Assembly (NCBI GenBank): GCA_004764695.1
Contig: SMSO01000034.1
Location: forward strand, 3,844,001-3,908,000
Reading direction: 5' to 3'
From: Schizochytrium sp. TIO01
Lineage: Eukaryota > Protista > Bigyra: Labyrinthulomycetes
DNA length: 64,000 nt
Shown in pieces: positions 1 through 13,815 of the stretch. The stretch's first letter is position 1. The number at the start of each line of letters is the position of its first letter. The notes beneath the pieces were generated by a model. The model saw only the letters and a program-made list of their open reading frames with translations. It did not search any database and was not told the origin of the DNA. A program made the position numbers and the translations under genes.

Positions 1-198
1 GTCCACTTTCAGAGGGAAAGGAACGAATTAAAAGAGAGAGAGAGAAAGGGAGAGTTTACGGAGATGGTATTGATATAAGCGTTTTTGAGAGAATAAGTGA
101 AGAACTAACTTAGAACTTGGATGATGAAATCAATGAATATTGGTCTGTAAACCAATTTTCGATCAGCAGAACCGTAACTCGAAGTCAAACCAAGGTAA

Positions 199-615
<417 letters not shown>

Positions 616-1529
616 GTCGGCATCCTTCTTGCTGTCGAAGTATTTTAATCTTCAGCAGAGGAGCAGGCTGCTGCCAACGAAGACATGTATCACGATTGCC
701 TTTATTTTGCTTGATGGATGGACGTAGTAGGTAATTGAGCAAAATTCTATCTCCATCATTGTTATACATTTCTTTGTCCATTTCCATGACTTGTCGCTCT
801 TGTTCTATTTATCTTTTGTTTCTCTCTTCTCGCTTGCAAGTTGTTTAGGAAAGCTTTTCGTTCATTGTATGCTATTGTGACATGACAAAGTAACTAAGCA
901 GTCCTTAGGTTTCGGTCATGTTCAGGAGAAGAAACCATCTTTATAGCGATGAGGAGTGTTCTATCCTCCAGTGTGCTCTTTTACTGCAGAATATGATCGT
1001 CTACTTACTAATGAAACTTTATGCTCTATGCAGACATAACTTCAAAAGTTGATATTCTCATGCTTCTTTCAATAAGGTGCTATGTTGCAGCGATGTACCC
1101 TGAATAAAGTCTCAGTTTTTTGATGCATTAGTGCTTGTGTATTATTATGCCACGATTGATATGTATCCCAGTGTGAGTCAACGTCTTTGCTCAGTTGGTG
1201 GAGGTAGTAGTAGTAATAGTGGTTATCATATTAATCGCATTAGTATAATGTACTTTTATTAGTAGAGGTAGTTAAGTACTATTAAGAATAGGGTTTTATG
1301 TATATATTGTGTTAGTTAGCTAGCAAAGCGAAGAACTAACTAGTTGCCGCATAAAGCGCATGTGGTCTCGCCAGTGACTTCGTTACGCGCACACAAACTT
1401 TCATTGCGCACGGTCCCAGCAAGCGAGGTTTGGTGGCTACTAGACCTAGGCTGCTCACAACGTGTCATCTTCAAAAGTGGCTTTCTTCACGCTTTGTAGA
1501 GTGTTTGGAGGAAACCCGTTTGAGTCAGA

Positions 1530-2363
1530 ATGACATCGATTCTGCCGTATGGCTCCAAAGCGCGTGAGCTTGTGCTAGAACTCAAGCGAAGCGATTGGTT
1601 GCCAACATACAACGTAAGTCGAGATAGTCCAAAGCGCTTTGAGATGAAAGCTTGACCCTGGAAAGCTATTATTCCTTTGAGTTTTAATCCTTGCATTGAA
1701 GCCAAAGCGTCTTGTCGCTAACTTCATTATCAAAACTACTTGATTTCAATGTTTTCGAATACACAGGATGAGGGCGTTAGACTTGTGCTTGGAGAGATTG
1801 ATGCTCTGTATAAGAGAATGCGAGCGCGCATGGAGGACGCCAGTGACCCTCGTGACCCCTACTATGCTTGCCCACTGATGGTTTATCATGTCAGTACTCT
1901 TCGAAACAAACGCTGCCTGCTGGCTTACTTAAAGCACCGTGCTGATGCCCTTGGGCAACTTCGATGGGATGCTGGAAGTGCCATTCCTGAGGATCTAAAG
2001 CGTAAACTCTGTGCTGAAGAAGTGCAGTATTTTGCGGAATATGACAACATGCTTCTTGATTACATGCGTGATGTGGATCTCGATCTTGGCGCAGTAAGTT
2101 TCATTTAGCCCAGGCACCGCCCTTTATTTATTTATGAAAGACGTACTAACATCAGATGCATCGTTTGAACCACCGTAATTTGATTGTAGGACATGGAACC
2201 TCCTAAGAACCTCTATGTTGAAGTTCGTGTACTCCGTGACTGTGGCGAGCTCGATACAATCAGTGGTACTATTGTTCTTGCAAAGGACACTACGCACAAC
2301 CTGCGGAGAGCTGATGTGGAGCACCTCATTCGCCAAGGAGCTCTGGAACAAATTTCCTCGTAA
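1530..2363 (+). CDS. PSF1: DNA replication complex GINS subunit Psf1 (GINS1); exons 1530-1613, 1767-2093, 2190-2363; ~194 aa
   Basis: Spliced translation MTSILPYGSKARELVLELKRSDWLPTYN|DEGVR...LRNKRCLLAYLKHR...W...E.QYFAEY...DL|DMEPPKNLYVEVRVLRDCGE...HNLRRADVEHLIRQGALEQI matches Psf1 hallmarks (RNKRCLLAY; PPK.LY.EVRVL.D.GE; E.LIRQG.L). Both introns are phase 0: GTAAGT...CAG (1614-1766) and GTAAGT...TAG (2094-2189), with CTAAC/TACTAAC branch sites. Confidence 0.95.
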
Positions 2364-3439
2364 TCTAAATCATGACACCTTTAACCTTGAACATGGACGG
2401 GTCATCTTTCGAGACCACCGTCCTCATGAGAAAAATACTTCATCTGTTCCACTGATGAGCACCTTAACAAAACATAATAAACAACCCAGAGTGCTCTTCG
2501 CGAGTTCAAACAAAAGGCGCTTTGCTAATGAAACAATTCTGCCAAGGTTAACTACCTTTAAAAAGTGTTCGGCAAAAGCCCTGGAGATCGTAGAATCAGT
2601 CTTTTTGCTGAGTGTTAATAGGCGATCTACCTCATGTCATGCATTAATTAAATTCAACCATGTTCATGTTTGTCTGTAAAATCCATATTACTGTTCTCAC
2701 TTTTTTTTACTGGAGACATCTCTCTTGAGAAGGTAGAATGCAGAAACGAAAGTGTCTGTCACCTCTTGTAAACTTGAAATAGTCTAACATTAAAGTTTGC
2801 GAATGACAGTCGAAAAATTGTCGGTTGTTCTTGTTTTTTCTTTTTCAAATACATAGTGGTAGATAAAGGTTGCTTAATCATGATCTCGTGACTTGATTCT
2901 GTGACAGCATTTCGATTGTGGACTTTTTAAGATTTTAGATTTGCGATCATGATGCTTGGTTTAGATCAATGTGGAAATAGAAACAAAGGGGTGCTTCAGA
3001 ATTGCACAAAGCAAGTAGGTTGAGTCTAAAGTGGAAGAAGCCAATCATCGTTGTATTTAATTACCTAGATATAGGCTGTTTAATTTGTAATGTTTAGAAC
3101 ACGCTGATCGAGTCAGCAAATCGTGATCGACCAGACAGACTATCTTAAGTAAGCCAGCAGATGAAAAGGATTTTTTCTACTTGGCTAGCTTGTACCTATC
3201 AGAATACCACATGATCAAGAGGCTGAGAAATAAGGCTCGCCAGCATTTGGCCGACCAACACTTTATGGACAGGTAGATATCCGTGGCATATATTGCAAGT
3301 TTTGCACACTAGGCCATGCTTTGCTCAAAACGGGCAATTGCAGTTAGACTTTGAGCTCTCAAAAATGCATCTCAAAGTTAGAGCAGCTCAGACAAAGGGA
3401 GTTATAAAATCTTGTGCAGGAAGATGTCATAGGGACGCC

Positions 3440-3868
3440 TTATACGTGAAGGGCTGTGCGAACCTGGGCTGGGATCTTGGCGACGCGGTGAGTGCTGACA
3501 TCAATGCAAACGATCTCGAGCTCACCCTCCACGACAGTAACCTCCGGGGATCCCTTGACGTATGCACGCTGCTTGAAGACAAGGCGGAAGTCTGAAGGGG
3601 CCTGGACAGTAGACTCCACGACGAGCCAATCTCCGTGCTTAGCGCCACCCTTGAAGGTCATGTCCGTCATCTTGCGCACGTAGAGAGCACTACCGGCCTG
3701 GAGGAGCTCCTTGAGGGTCTGCATTCCAACAGCCTCATCACGAGCACGCTCAAAGTACTTGAAGTAGTTTCCAGCGTAGATTGCGCCCGTGAGATCGGTG
3801 TCTTCGTAGTACATGAGCATCTCTGAGCTAAAGCCAGGGCCATTCGGCGTGGTGATTTCGCAAGGCAT
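3440..3868 (-). CDS. Hotdog-fold acyl-CoA thioesterase, YbgC/FadM/4HBT family (~142 aa)
   Basis: Motif MYYEDTDLTGAIYAGNYFKYFERAR matches the family signature (YYEDTD.gg.vY..nY..ffERAR). It is followed by F...A..GD.L.V.S and a C-terminal V.ID......IP. Likely ATG at 3868. GC3-rich codons. Confidence 0.88.
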   Translation of the reverse strand: MPCEITTPNGPGFSSEMLMYYEDTDLTGAIYAGNYFKYFERARDEAVGMQTLKELLQAGSALYVRKMTDMTFKGGAKHGDWLVVESTVQAPSDFRLVFKQRAYVKGSPEVTVVEGELEIVCIDVSTHRVAKIPAQVRTALHV

Positions 3869-3873
3869 CTTTT

Positions 3874-4169
3874 CTAAAAGCAAGACGTGAAACTACAATT
3901 CAACCACAGCCTACCTCTGTTTTCAAATCCAAAGCCGACAACTCTGCACAAACTCGACGCCGTCGCCAAGAACTGCAATATCTCTTTGCCACCCGCGATG
4001 ATCCCACAAATAGCTCTCGTCATTCTCATAAAGCTTTATTATACCTATTGCTATATATGCGACCTAGTAAACCTGCTTCTTTCAATAACCACGGTAACCA
4101 GATCAATCAAAGGCAAGGCATCGCGATCATCCATGACAACAGCGTAGTAATTGCAATCAATACCCGTAC
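3874..4169 (-). other. Putative 5' UTR intron of the thioesterase gene
   Basis: Minus-strand CAG|GTACGG donor at 4169 and TCTTGCTTTTAG acceptor ending at 3874, 5 nt before the ATG. Confidence 0.35.
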
Positions 4170-6445
4170 CTGTCAAGCTTCGCAGTTCTTTGCATCATGA
4201 ATCAATCATTTGATCAAGCGCCCATGCTCTTGCATCATCATCGCATCCATCACCATCACGACGTCTCCTTTAGTCAGCTCCATGGTCCAACATCACCAGC
4301 AGACGTAGTCGAGGCCTTTAAGGTGCACCAGCCTGTTTCGTTAAGGTAGAAGTGCGGGAACAGAGGGAACGATGCGTCATCGGCGTTGCGCGAGGGCTTT
4401 CAAGTTTCGAGCATGAAAGAGCTCTGCGTCAAGTTGTTTGGGACGTGGCCTTCTCACTTGAGCTTGGAGCGAAAGCATCGTTTGTAGCTCCTGACATGCG
4501 AAAGAAGAATCGGGAGGCAGTACTCATATGATGAAAAGAGGGGTGGACAGAGTCTTGAAAGGCAAGAAACGAGAATGAGTCTTTGCTAAACCCTCTTTGG
4601 TTTTAAAGTAGGGTGCGGGTTCTAGAAGTAGTTTGGCTTTGACACAATCGACTCTGCGCAGGGAGGGGTCGCGCCAAAGGACCTGATGTGCCACATTCAG
4701 ATTCTTGCAACAGGCCACCACGAGCGCCGCCCATATTCTATGCCCGACTTAAGCAGTGGAATCCTGAGCTGTAGCATCGTCTTCCCTCCGATCACGAGAC
4801 AGGACCCAGAAACGAAATCTAAGAGTTCTGTGGTGTATCTATTCATAAATACTACACACACCCACCTTCCTTCAGACACGCTTGCAAAGATGGAGATGTC
4901 TATGCCGATGCAGTCGAAGCCAGCTTCAGCGCATCATCTGTAGCCGAGAGCGAGCGAAGCTGCGTTCTCCGCTGGAGAGAACAGCGGACTCAAGCAGCAG
5001 GTGACTCGCAGGAACACCATCTTTGTAATGCCGAAGCAAAGATCGAGGCGCAGTGAATGTAATCCTGGTACGCCTCAATAAACTGGAGTGTGCGTAGGGA
5101 ATCCATGACGCAAGCTGCCGTGACGAGGAGCACTAACGCGATATTGCTAAGCTGACAAGAGCTCTTGATAGAAAAAAAAAAAAAGCGAAACGAGGTCCTC
5201 GAGGAGGACGTTGGGGCGCTTTGCTGATGAGCAGCAGTGCAATGCAACGTCACAACGATCCGAGTGGGTTGATTTGTGGCTGTTGTGGAGAATCTTCAGA
5301 ATCTGAATTATTGTTATGAATTGCGCCCCTTCATTCCCGCAACTGAAAAGATTCCATCCCAGGTACTATTGAAACCTGTCTAATGCTGCCTAGCTACTGC
5401 TAATTCCGATGTAATGCAGCGAGTTTGGGGAAAGACCTTGAACGTTTTATAAGGAGAGGGGTGCTGCCGAGCAGGACAAAGAAATCTCAAGATGCGATGT
5501 TGACGAGTTGGAGGAGGTACATTTGTTGTCTAAAACTTGCAAATGCGGTTTCTTCAATCTTAGTCAACGACACGAATTCGACAATTGATGCTTCACTTTA
5601 GATACAGCACCAAAAAGGCATTGGAATTGCATTGTTTTTAATACTGAGAACAGCGCTGACTCTGCGGTGATAATGTGTTTTTATTAAAAAGTCGAAAAAG
5701 AAATGTCCTCGATTACACATCCCTCTTTACCTTGACCTTTCCCAGTGAACTTGAAAGGGAAATTCTCTAGAGAACCCGCGGTGCACGACGTATCGGACAT
5801 CAGATGATATCAGATCAGGTAATATTAGATGGTAACATAACAAGCCCCCTCTCCATTGTCTTGCCTCCTGTCGATTTGAGGAGCATCAGCAAGGCCTTCG
5901 ACCTCTTGGAGATAACTTTGGAGGAGAAGAAGTTCTCTGAAAAGGAAGGAAGCTCAGACTTAAACTTCTATGAACATCAAAGTCATTTTATGAGTTAAAA
6001 ATTAGAGATGAAAACCAGACCGCCATGTTTTCGAAACAACTTGTAGTAGGTAGGAAGGCACTTTGGCGCTGTACTTTAATGAATAATTAATCAACAAAGA
6101 AGAAGAAATGGACCACCTCAGCGCATCTTTTCATCCTTTCCCTGTTGTAATAAAGAGTTTTAGATGATGCTCAAGATCGTCGATCACTCAAATTTTAGTG
6201 CGACGACATTATGTCAGAGGTAACGTCGCTCAGTCTCCTCCAAATATGCTTTGACTGGGCTTCACAATGCTGCCTGAAGAAACACTTATGGAAAGGTGCT
6301 GCTGCTCGAAACTTGGCTTTGATTTGCATATTTTCTTCTGAAGAAATATTCGATTCCGCTCATTGGATTTCTTTGATGATATTTTTTTCTTGTTTTTGTA
6401 AAAGAACTACCTAACTATAGCCAATTGTCGCTGTTATGGTCAATA

Positions 6446-6490
6446 TGAATGAATGAATGAAAGAATGAATGAATGAATGAATGAATGAAT
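6446..6490. repeat. (GAAT)n microsatellite
   Basis: Directly visible tandem repeat. Confidence 0.95.
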
Positions 6491-8718
6491 CCAGGTGGAA
6501 AAAATTGTTGCTGTTGAACGCCTTTTTCTTGGGGACGTTCAAATTGCCGTTGTTGCAAAAGATGGATAAAGCGACTGCCATGAAAGTGAATATCAAATAG
6601 AGCGAGACACGAAAAACGGGGAAATTTCAAACGGGTGATCTGTTTGAGTGCCCTCACTTAGAGAATTTTCCGCAATCGCTTCCTATATACCGGACATAGT
6701 AACTCTTGTATGCTTTATTAAGTTTTATTACACCTGGTCAGTACTTAATTAGTCCTAGCACCTACGACGCATCTTCCGCGAATCTGAGAAGAATCTCAGT
6801 CCTTGTCACTCTTCCCTCGAACTCCCTTTTAATTTAAAAAAGAGAATTCTAATTTTTCTCATTTTTTTTTAAAAAAATTTTATGACATTTCTTTTCTTTC
6901 AGTATTTCTTTTCCCTCGCTCTCCTCTCTTACTTTCTTTCTTGTTGTGAAACTTAATTCCAAAAACAACTGATACTGTTACCCATTTTGCTATTTAATGC
7001 TTAGCAGCTATGATGCTTCACAAAACATCTCTTCTCTGAGTTGCTGCAATAATATGTACTTTTACTGAAGCTCTTGCTCCCACTGTGAGTCGAGGTAAGT
7101 GCAGGGTTTTTTTGAAAAGACTGACCTCCTAAGCTAAATACTAACAGTCAAAGCATCATTTTGGTCTGCTTAGCTGTAGGAGTAGGAGGCCTTAGTGCTA
7201 GAAAAGCACGAGGAAACAGGACGAGCTCAAAGACTAAAGCAAGCTCCCACAGAGTCTAAAACATTGGCGTATTATCGTGGTCCTTATTCGGTCGTACGTA
7301 CCTTTTTATAGTAACGGTAGCAGCATCTCAAACTTACCTTCGAAGACGACATGAAAAACTGAGCTCTTCCTCGATTTCGAAGAGAGTGCACTGAGTAGAA
7401 GGTGCCTTAGGTGACTACTTTGATCGCTGATAATGCAACGAGATGAAATGAGATGAAGTGAGATGAAATGAAAAAAAAACGAAAGACCTCTTTATTCTCA
7501 GATATATGAACTCCTAGGAAGGCCTTTTAGTCTTGTTTACTCTCAACACTGATATATCCTAAGGCTGAGGGTATGACTAGTAATAGCACCTCGAGTGTCC
7601 ATGCCCTCACAAGAAAAAGCATGGTAAGACTCTAATATGAGTGTAACTATTTGAAAAAAAAGAAAAAAAGAGAAAAAGGATAGAAGGTACTTAATTGTAG
7701 ATAGTGGAGTACCTATGTGCATGAAGGCAATTTACATTTTTTTTTTCAAGTTATCATTCTTATTATTAATTTTATTTGAAATAAAAAAATTGAAGTGAAG
7801 GAAATCTTAACGAGAAAAGGCAAACTTATAGATGGAGAATAGGGGAAGGAAAAAAGAAGCAGAGAAAAGAGCTTCCATGAGGTTCTAACACCTTTCTGCT
7901 GATGCATTCATTAGCTTTCACGATTAGTGAAGAATAATGAAGGAATAAAGGAGGGAAAGAGGCGGAAAGAAAGAGAGAGAAACAGGTGCGAAGAACACAG
8001 AAGGAAAAGAGTCAGTGGAGACAGGGGGCATGAAACCAGAGGAGAGAATATTACATTTTCCCTTTTAACTCGCAATTTATGACGTTTAAAGAGAGAATTG
8101 CGTGACTCAGATATGGCACAGTAAGGCAGTGTGATGTGAGGGTGAGAGACTCTTTCCCAGAGTAAAAATAAAAATAAATAAATAAAAGACAGAGAGGGGA
8201 AGTAAGAAAGAGAGAAATGGAAAGTATCGTCGATGCCGCAACAGAACGGGGCAAAGACCAATCTACAACAAGCGATATCGTCCGTACGCGGAGACCAAGC
8301 GAGCGACAAAGCCAGCAGCTAGAACAGCGCCCAGCGTAGTTCAAGGACCTCCTGCCAGCAAGCACCGCCAGCACCCTTGAGTGCTACGCAAGTTGCGGCC
8401 CGCAGGGAACGGCATCGAGCTCCATTCCGGCATCTCCCTTGTGCAATCTATAAGGGGCCCTGAGGTTCAATCAGACGCACCCGTGCCAGGCACACAAGCA
8501 GAAGCCGCTTTGCGAGCTCAGAGGCCAAGGCCAGAGCGAGAAACCTAGGTCAGGGAAGCATCGAAGGCGCTCCATCCCGGCCCAACGAGCCAGCAGACAG
8601 CCTGCCTCGTGGATCATTGCGGTGCAAGAAGCCAGGCAGAGGGAACAGCTGTTCGGAGCACAGATAGACACCTCATCAATTAATTTCTCCCTTTCTCTTT
8701 TTCAAAGAAAGAAATAAG

Positions 8719-8719
<1 letters not shown>

Positions 8720-8763
<44 letters not shown>
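8720..8763. repeat. (AAAG)n microsatellite
   Basis: Directly visible tandem repeat. Confidence 0.95.
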
Positions 8764-8764
<1 letters not shown>

Positions 8765-9416
8765 CCGTCTCAGCGCCCCTATAGTAAACACTAACCAACA
8801 CATAGTCTAACCACCTGAGCGCAGCGCGCCTAGGAGTTGACAACTTCTTCAGAGCACTGCAGCAGCGGAGACTAGGACCACTATACTCGAAAGACTAAGT
8901 CTGCGTTCTCTTACCTCAGTGATAAGGACGAGTAAGTGAGTAAGCAAGAGAGAGGGGGACAGACGATACATAGATAGAAAGAAAAGAAAAAGAAAAAACA
9001 AGGGACACAGCGAAGGCGTCTGAAGCAATCTTTCGAGACAGAAGGTCTCCAGGTTATCATAAGAGTCTAAGGGAGCAGAAAGAGGTTGGCAGAATACGCT
9101 TGTAGTTTGTGGACTGTTGTTCCTTCGGCCGGGATTGAGACACTGCCGTTGAGCTGCAGCCGTCTTGAGTACATCTTCTTTGGGATCCCTTTTCTTTCGA
9201 TCTTGACTTCCAGCTTCCTTTTTCTTCTTTCCGGGTTTAGGCACAAGCAGGTGCTTGATTGCGGGCTGGAATATCTATCCTCGGGGTAGAGTTTTGGGTA
9301 AATAGTGCTAATCGGCAACGGCACGGAAGGTTTCTCAGACTTGAAAACTTTGACGAAGAACGACGTGGAGAAAGTTGAGGCAACGAAGCAAGCAGACCCT
9401 TAACTCTTGGACAAAC

Positions 9417-11161
9417 ATGGGCATCTTCATGACCTCGACCCCTGATGCTTCTATGCAGAACGGCGCGGCTGCCGTTAAGCTGGCCGACATGGACGACGGA
9501 TGGTGCATGGTCTCGGCGAGTGAATCTCAGCAGGTACGTTACACGCAAAATGGTTATCATCTTGAATGAAGTCATCATCATTAGAGACATACAACAACAA
9601 TCAATGCCACTTAGAGGGAAAGGTGTGAGCACTGCGAATTGGATATTTCCTTTAAGACGGACAGGGCTGGCGGAAAATTCTACGAGGATGGAAAAGGAGC
9701 AAGAGAATGACTGTGCAAGGCATGAATGTCTCTGCTAAGTGGGGTGGACGAAACATGCAGGAATGTTGTTCTTCAACTCTCTTTGGTTGTTTGGCCTTTT
9801 AAAAGCCAATGCCCCGTTTGAGTTGCTCAATAGTAGTTGAGGCGGAACGTGAATGTCTTGGTTTTTAGAACTGTACTTTTCATTGAGAAAGAGAGAGGTT
9901 GTATAACCGTAACAACTTTTTCGTCGATAAGACGGATTAGCGGAAGTAACCGCTACAATCCCACCTTGGCCAAGGCCCGGGCTCGTCATAGGGCTCGGAA
10001 AGTTGCGTCGCGTTTTCCTGATCTCTAACTCCCTCTCTCAAAGAAAAACAGAAACAAACAAAACAAAAGCACACACGCCTCTCTGTTGCGTGTGTGCTTT
10101 TACTTGTTCTTCTAAAACCATCACAAAATAAGGAGGTACATACATATCGTCTCTGCGCGCGTTTGAGTGTCTTCTTTGTCTTTTCTTACTAGTTCTCAGT
10201 CTCTACTCCGCAGACGCAAAATGGCTTATTGGAGCACTCACGCGTGTGCACCTGGCGTGCTTTGGCTCAAGACTCCTCGGCTGCTGCTGGCATTCTAGTG
10301 AGGAGCCGAAGAAATGTCGCCGCCTCCCCAAATTGGCCCCCCTCTCTATCCTGTTGGATTAACTGCACACACCTTTAAAGTACCTTTTCTAAAGGACGAA
10401 GGGTGTGAGAGGAAAAAAAACGAAAAGAAGAGGGGCACGGTCAAAGTAGCAGCACCAACATACGTACGTACGTACGTACTGTAGAGTTTTGGAGTTCGTT
10501 GCGCTGCGCTGGATGAGGTGCTGGGTGCAAAAGACTGGCAAAGTGATCAAATATTTGCCAAGTCTCTCTCTCACTAAAGCCGAGAGTTTCTACTATGATT
10601 CTTTCTAAATTTAGTTGTTGTTGTATGAAGGGGAGGAATGATGATGAATAGGTTAACAAGACTGGTATCACCGGGGAGGGTGGACTATGTAAATATATGA
10701 TGCGGATTGGATTGAAAGGTAAGAAAAGTGACTGACGCGCCAAAATATGGTGACGAACCACATGGTTTGATCGTTGACTTGTATGCTTACGTGTCACAGG
10801 TCCAGCAAGTGCTGCTGAGACAATGAAGGACGTCCATATGGACGAAGACGAATGTTTTTCCGATGTGGAGGAAGACTTCGCTTTTGATGAAGATGACACG
10901 GAGTGCGAGATCGAGGATGATGAAGATTTGCCTCTGAGTAAAGAAAATGTAGATACATCCACAGGGGCTATGACTCTCGAAACCAGCGAAAGCGGTGAGA
11001 TCCCCGGTGAGGAACAATCGGCATCTCCGGACATGGAGTCCGATGATGCTGAAAATGTACAGGCGCCCACGGCAACGGCTGCTGCTCGTTCCGGGACTAC
11101 GAGCAACCGTAAGAAGACGAAGAAGTCTAAGCGGAAGAACCGTCGCCGTGGTCGCAGATAG
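9417..11161 (+). CDS. Hypothetical protein with acidic tract and basic C-terminal tail; probable exons 9417-9533, 10214-10297, (10485-10517 uncertain), 10652-10718, 10800-11161; ~210-220 aa
   Basis: Phase-consistent GT-AG junctions: CAG|GTACGT 9534; CCGCAG| 10213; CTA|GTGAGG 10298; AATAG| 10651; G|GTAAGA 10719; CACAG| 10799. They join into the 10823-11161 frame encoding DEDECFSDVEEDFAFDEDDTECEIEDDED...RKKTKKSKRKNRRRGRR. The terminal exon is well supported; internal exons are less certain. Confidence 0.6.
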
Positions 11162-13727
11162 AGTTGTCAGCGACTATGAAACCAGCACTTCCGTTTCTAT
11201 GAAGTGACCAGCCTGACTCTTTTTGTTCTGTTCCCTCAAAAAAAATATTCCGATTCATAGCAATGTAATTGCGAGAGCGTTCTCTAAGACATGGCGATGA
11301 CTTGTCAGCTAGGTGTGAATCTTTCTTACTCTCGAAGTATCGTGCAAAGTGAAAAGTTTGAAAGACGCGATAAAACAAATGGAAAGACACATAATTGCTA
11401 GCAAGAATTCACGCCAGGGTCTGGGGACTACCTCGTCTCATAGCAGCATTGCTCCATATGTCTCGCCTTTTTTTTTTTTGGAGAGAACAAAACAAACGTC
11501 TTGTGAACATTCAGGTGGAACAACTAAGTCAATGAAACGGGAAATGTTTGGTCGAGTAAGTTTTGGCATCGTCACGTTCAATGTTATGAACAAATCTTGG
11601 CAAGGCGTTAGGAGCCAGCCTTGGCATTCCTGTGTGGGCACTGGCGATATATGATACTTTCGTGGAGATAATGATGATATGAAATACCTGATGATGGTGA
11701 CCTTTGTAGATAGTCAACCCCCCTTGGTCCCCTCTTCTTTTCTTTTAAAAATAAAAATAGCAAAGTCAAAGAAAACAAAAGAAAAAACAACACCAAAATT
11801 CAAAGAAAGTTTTAGCAAGCAAGAAAACTTTCATCGCAAAAGCCAAAAAAAAATCAGAATAATCGAAGCAAAACTCAAAATACTCTTTGTATACAGCTTG
11901 TAGTAAGCAAGCACCCCTCGTCACAAATACTTTGTTTCGTGGCCACCCCATTTCAAGAAAATCAAAACATCACATACCTTTTTGAAAACAAACAACCTTA
12001 CCATCATACTTCATCATCAGACTCATATTTCCGCAGAGGGCCTTCTAGCTAAATTAGACCGTACCTCATATCGTCATCCCCTCTTTTTCTAAATTTAAGA
12101 AAGTCCGCGCCGTGTCGCGTGACGATGTGTAAATATTTCACTTTTCTATGTACAGGTGTATTTTCCTCCTTTGCTAGACATTATCAGTTGTAGATAAGAC
12201 CTTGAAAACTCGAGACAAATTTCCTTTTCATTTTACAGATTGAGGTGTTACAACCTAGCAGAGGCAAACTTCGCTGTCAATGTTATGCGACCAGTATTTC
12301 CAAAAGAGGCTAGCCTTCTCGTTTGTACTCAAAAAATGATGCATAACCTATTTGTACAGCTCGAAATGTCTGAATTGTAAGTAGTAGATAGTCAAAATAT
12401 TCAGAGTTATTATTATGGTTATTCATATAGCTAAATACACAAATTGTAGGTAGAATTAATGCGAAATGTAGGGTACCATCTATGTTTCCATCATGATTGC
12501 TACCCTTTTCGCTTTTTTGTGCGGGGCGGGGCGGACACTTGTTGCAATTCTCCTACTACATTGGCCAGTAGGCCTTGAAACGCGTTACAAATTCAGTAGA
12601 CGCTGGTCATTTTAATTTTCTTTAATAAAATATGATCGAGGTGATATTACAGCATTAACTTGCTGCGCCACGACCCAGCGTCTTCTCCGATGATATCAAG
12701 GGCTAAGAAAATCTCCTCCGTAAAGCGGCCGCTGCCAAAGAGGGTGATCAAGTAACTGGAGAGATTGCCGTCATAAACCTTGTCTTGCAAGAGCTCCACA
12801 TAGGCATCGACACGATGGTGCCTTGCCACGATGACGTTCATACGGCTCATGTTTGTTTAATGCTTTAGCTATTTGATCGTGAGTTCGCTCTTGTGTAGCC
12901 ATATGCAATAAAAATATTCTCAAACGCTAGTTCGAGGTTTGCTTTCTTGTCATCCCCCTCCCCAGGGAACTCCTTTCGTAACCCCGTAGCACTCAATACT
13001 GATACCCTAGTGGTTTCACTATTGGGACCTAGAAGGCGCACTTGCAAGTTAGTATTTTGGCTTAGTAGTTGGTATTTATTGAGTTGCGAGAAGTAACAGC
13101 TTTGCGCTCCATAGACACGCGCGTCCCAGCCTACTCATCCGAGTTTACCCTAGGGCCAAAGCTTAATTCATCGATTTCCCTAACCCATTCCACTCAAAGC
13201 AACTGAAGTTTCCCGTCACCGCCTTTGCATTCAGGCAAATTCGCGTTTATAAATACATGAGCGCCGGACTACCTAGGTATCGACGTCCTTCAAAATGCAC
13301 CCATCCTGCCTCTACATCTCTAGCTAGCTCGCTAGCTAGATGCCCAGTCAGTCACTTAGGTAGGTGTTTCTACCCGACGGGTGTTCCCCTAACTTCAAGA
13401 CTCGTGCTGATTCTACGCCTGCTTGTATTGCCATTCGTAGATGTTCTGGGCAGTCCTACTTGTTGTTTCTGTTCCTACTTTGAGCTTGTCTTCTCACAAC
13501 GTTGCAAGTTGGAAACTCGTGGATTCAGGTCAATTGGCACCAGCCACACCGGCGCTGCATGTGTCCGCACCAAGCTCTTTTGGATCAACTTGAGCTTGGA
13601 GTCTACTTACTTGCTCGCCAATCTGACTGAGGCCACAACCGGATTTGATTGAATCAGTTCTCGCGACCAAGAATGACGAGTCTGAGGACTTAGCTCGCCG
13701 TGCGTGTCGTGTCGTGGCCTGTCGAAT

Positions 13728-13739
13728 TAATCAATCAAT

Positions 13740-13771
<32 letters not shown>

Positions 13772-13815
13772 TATTCAATCGATTGATTGACCAATCAATC
13801 AAAGTCAGTCAGTCA
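13728..13815. repeat. Compound (AATC)/(AAGC)/(GATT)/(AGTC) microsatellite
   Basis: Directly visible. Confidence 0.9.

Noticed and set aside
2215-2679. 154-aa ORF overlapping PSF1 exon 3
   Set aside because: It is out of frame with the Psf1 C-terminal motifs, starts inside the exon and runs into the 3' UTR; no recognisable domain.
10441-11106. 221-aa Ser-rich minus-strand ORF
   Set aside because: Antisense shadow of the D/E-rich exon (GAT/GAA read as Ser/Phe/Ile).
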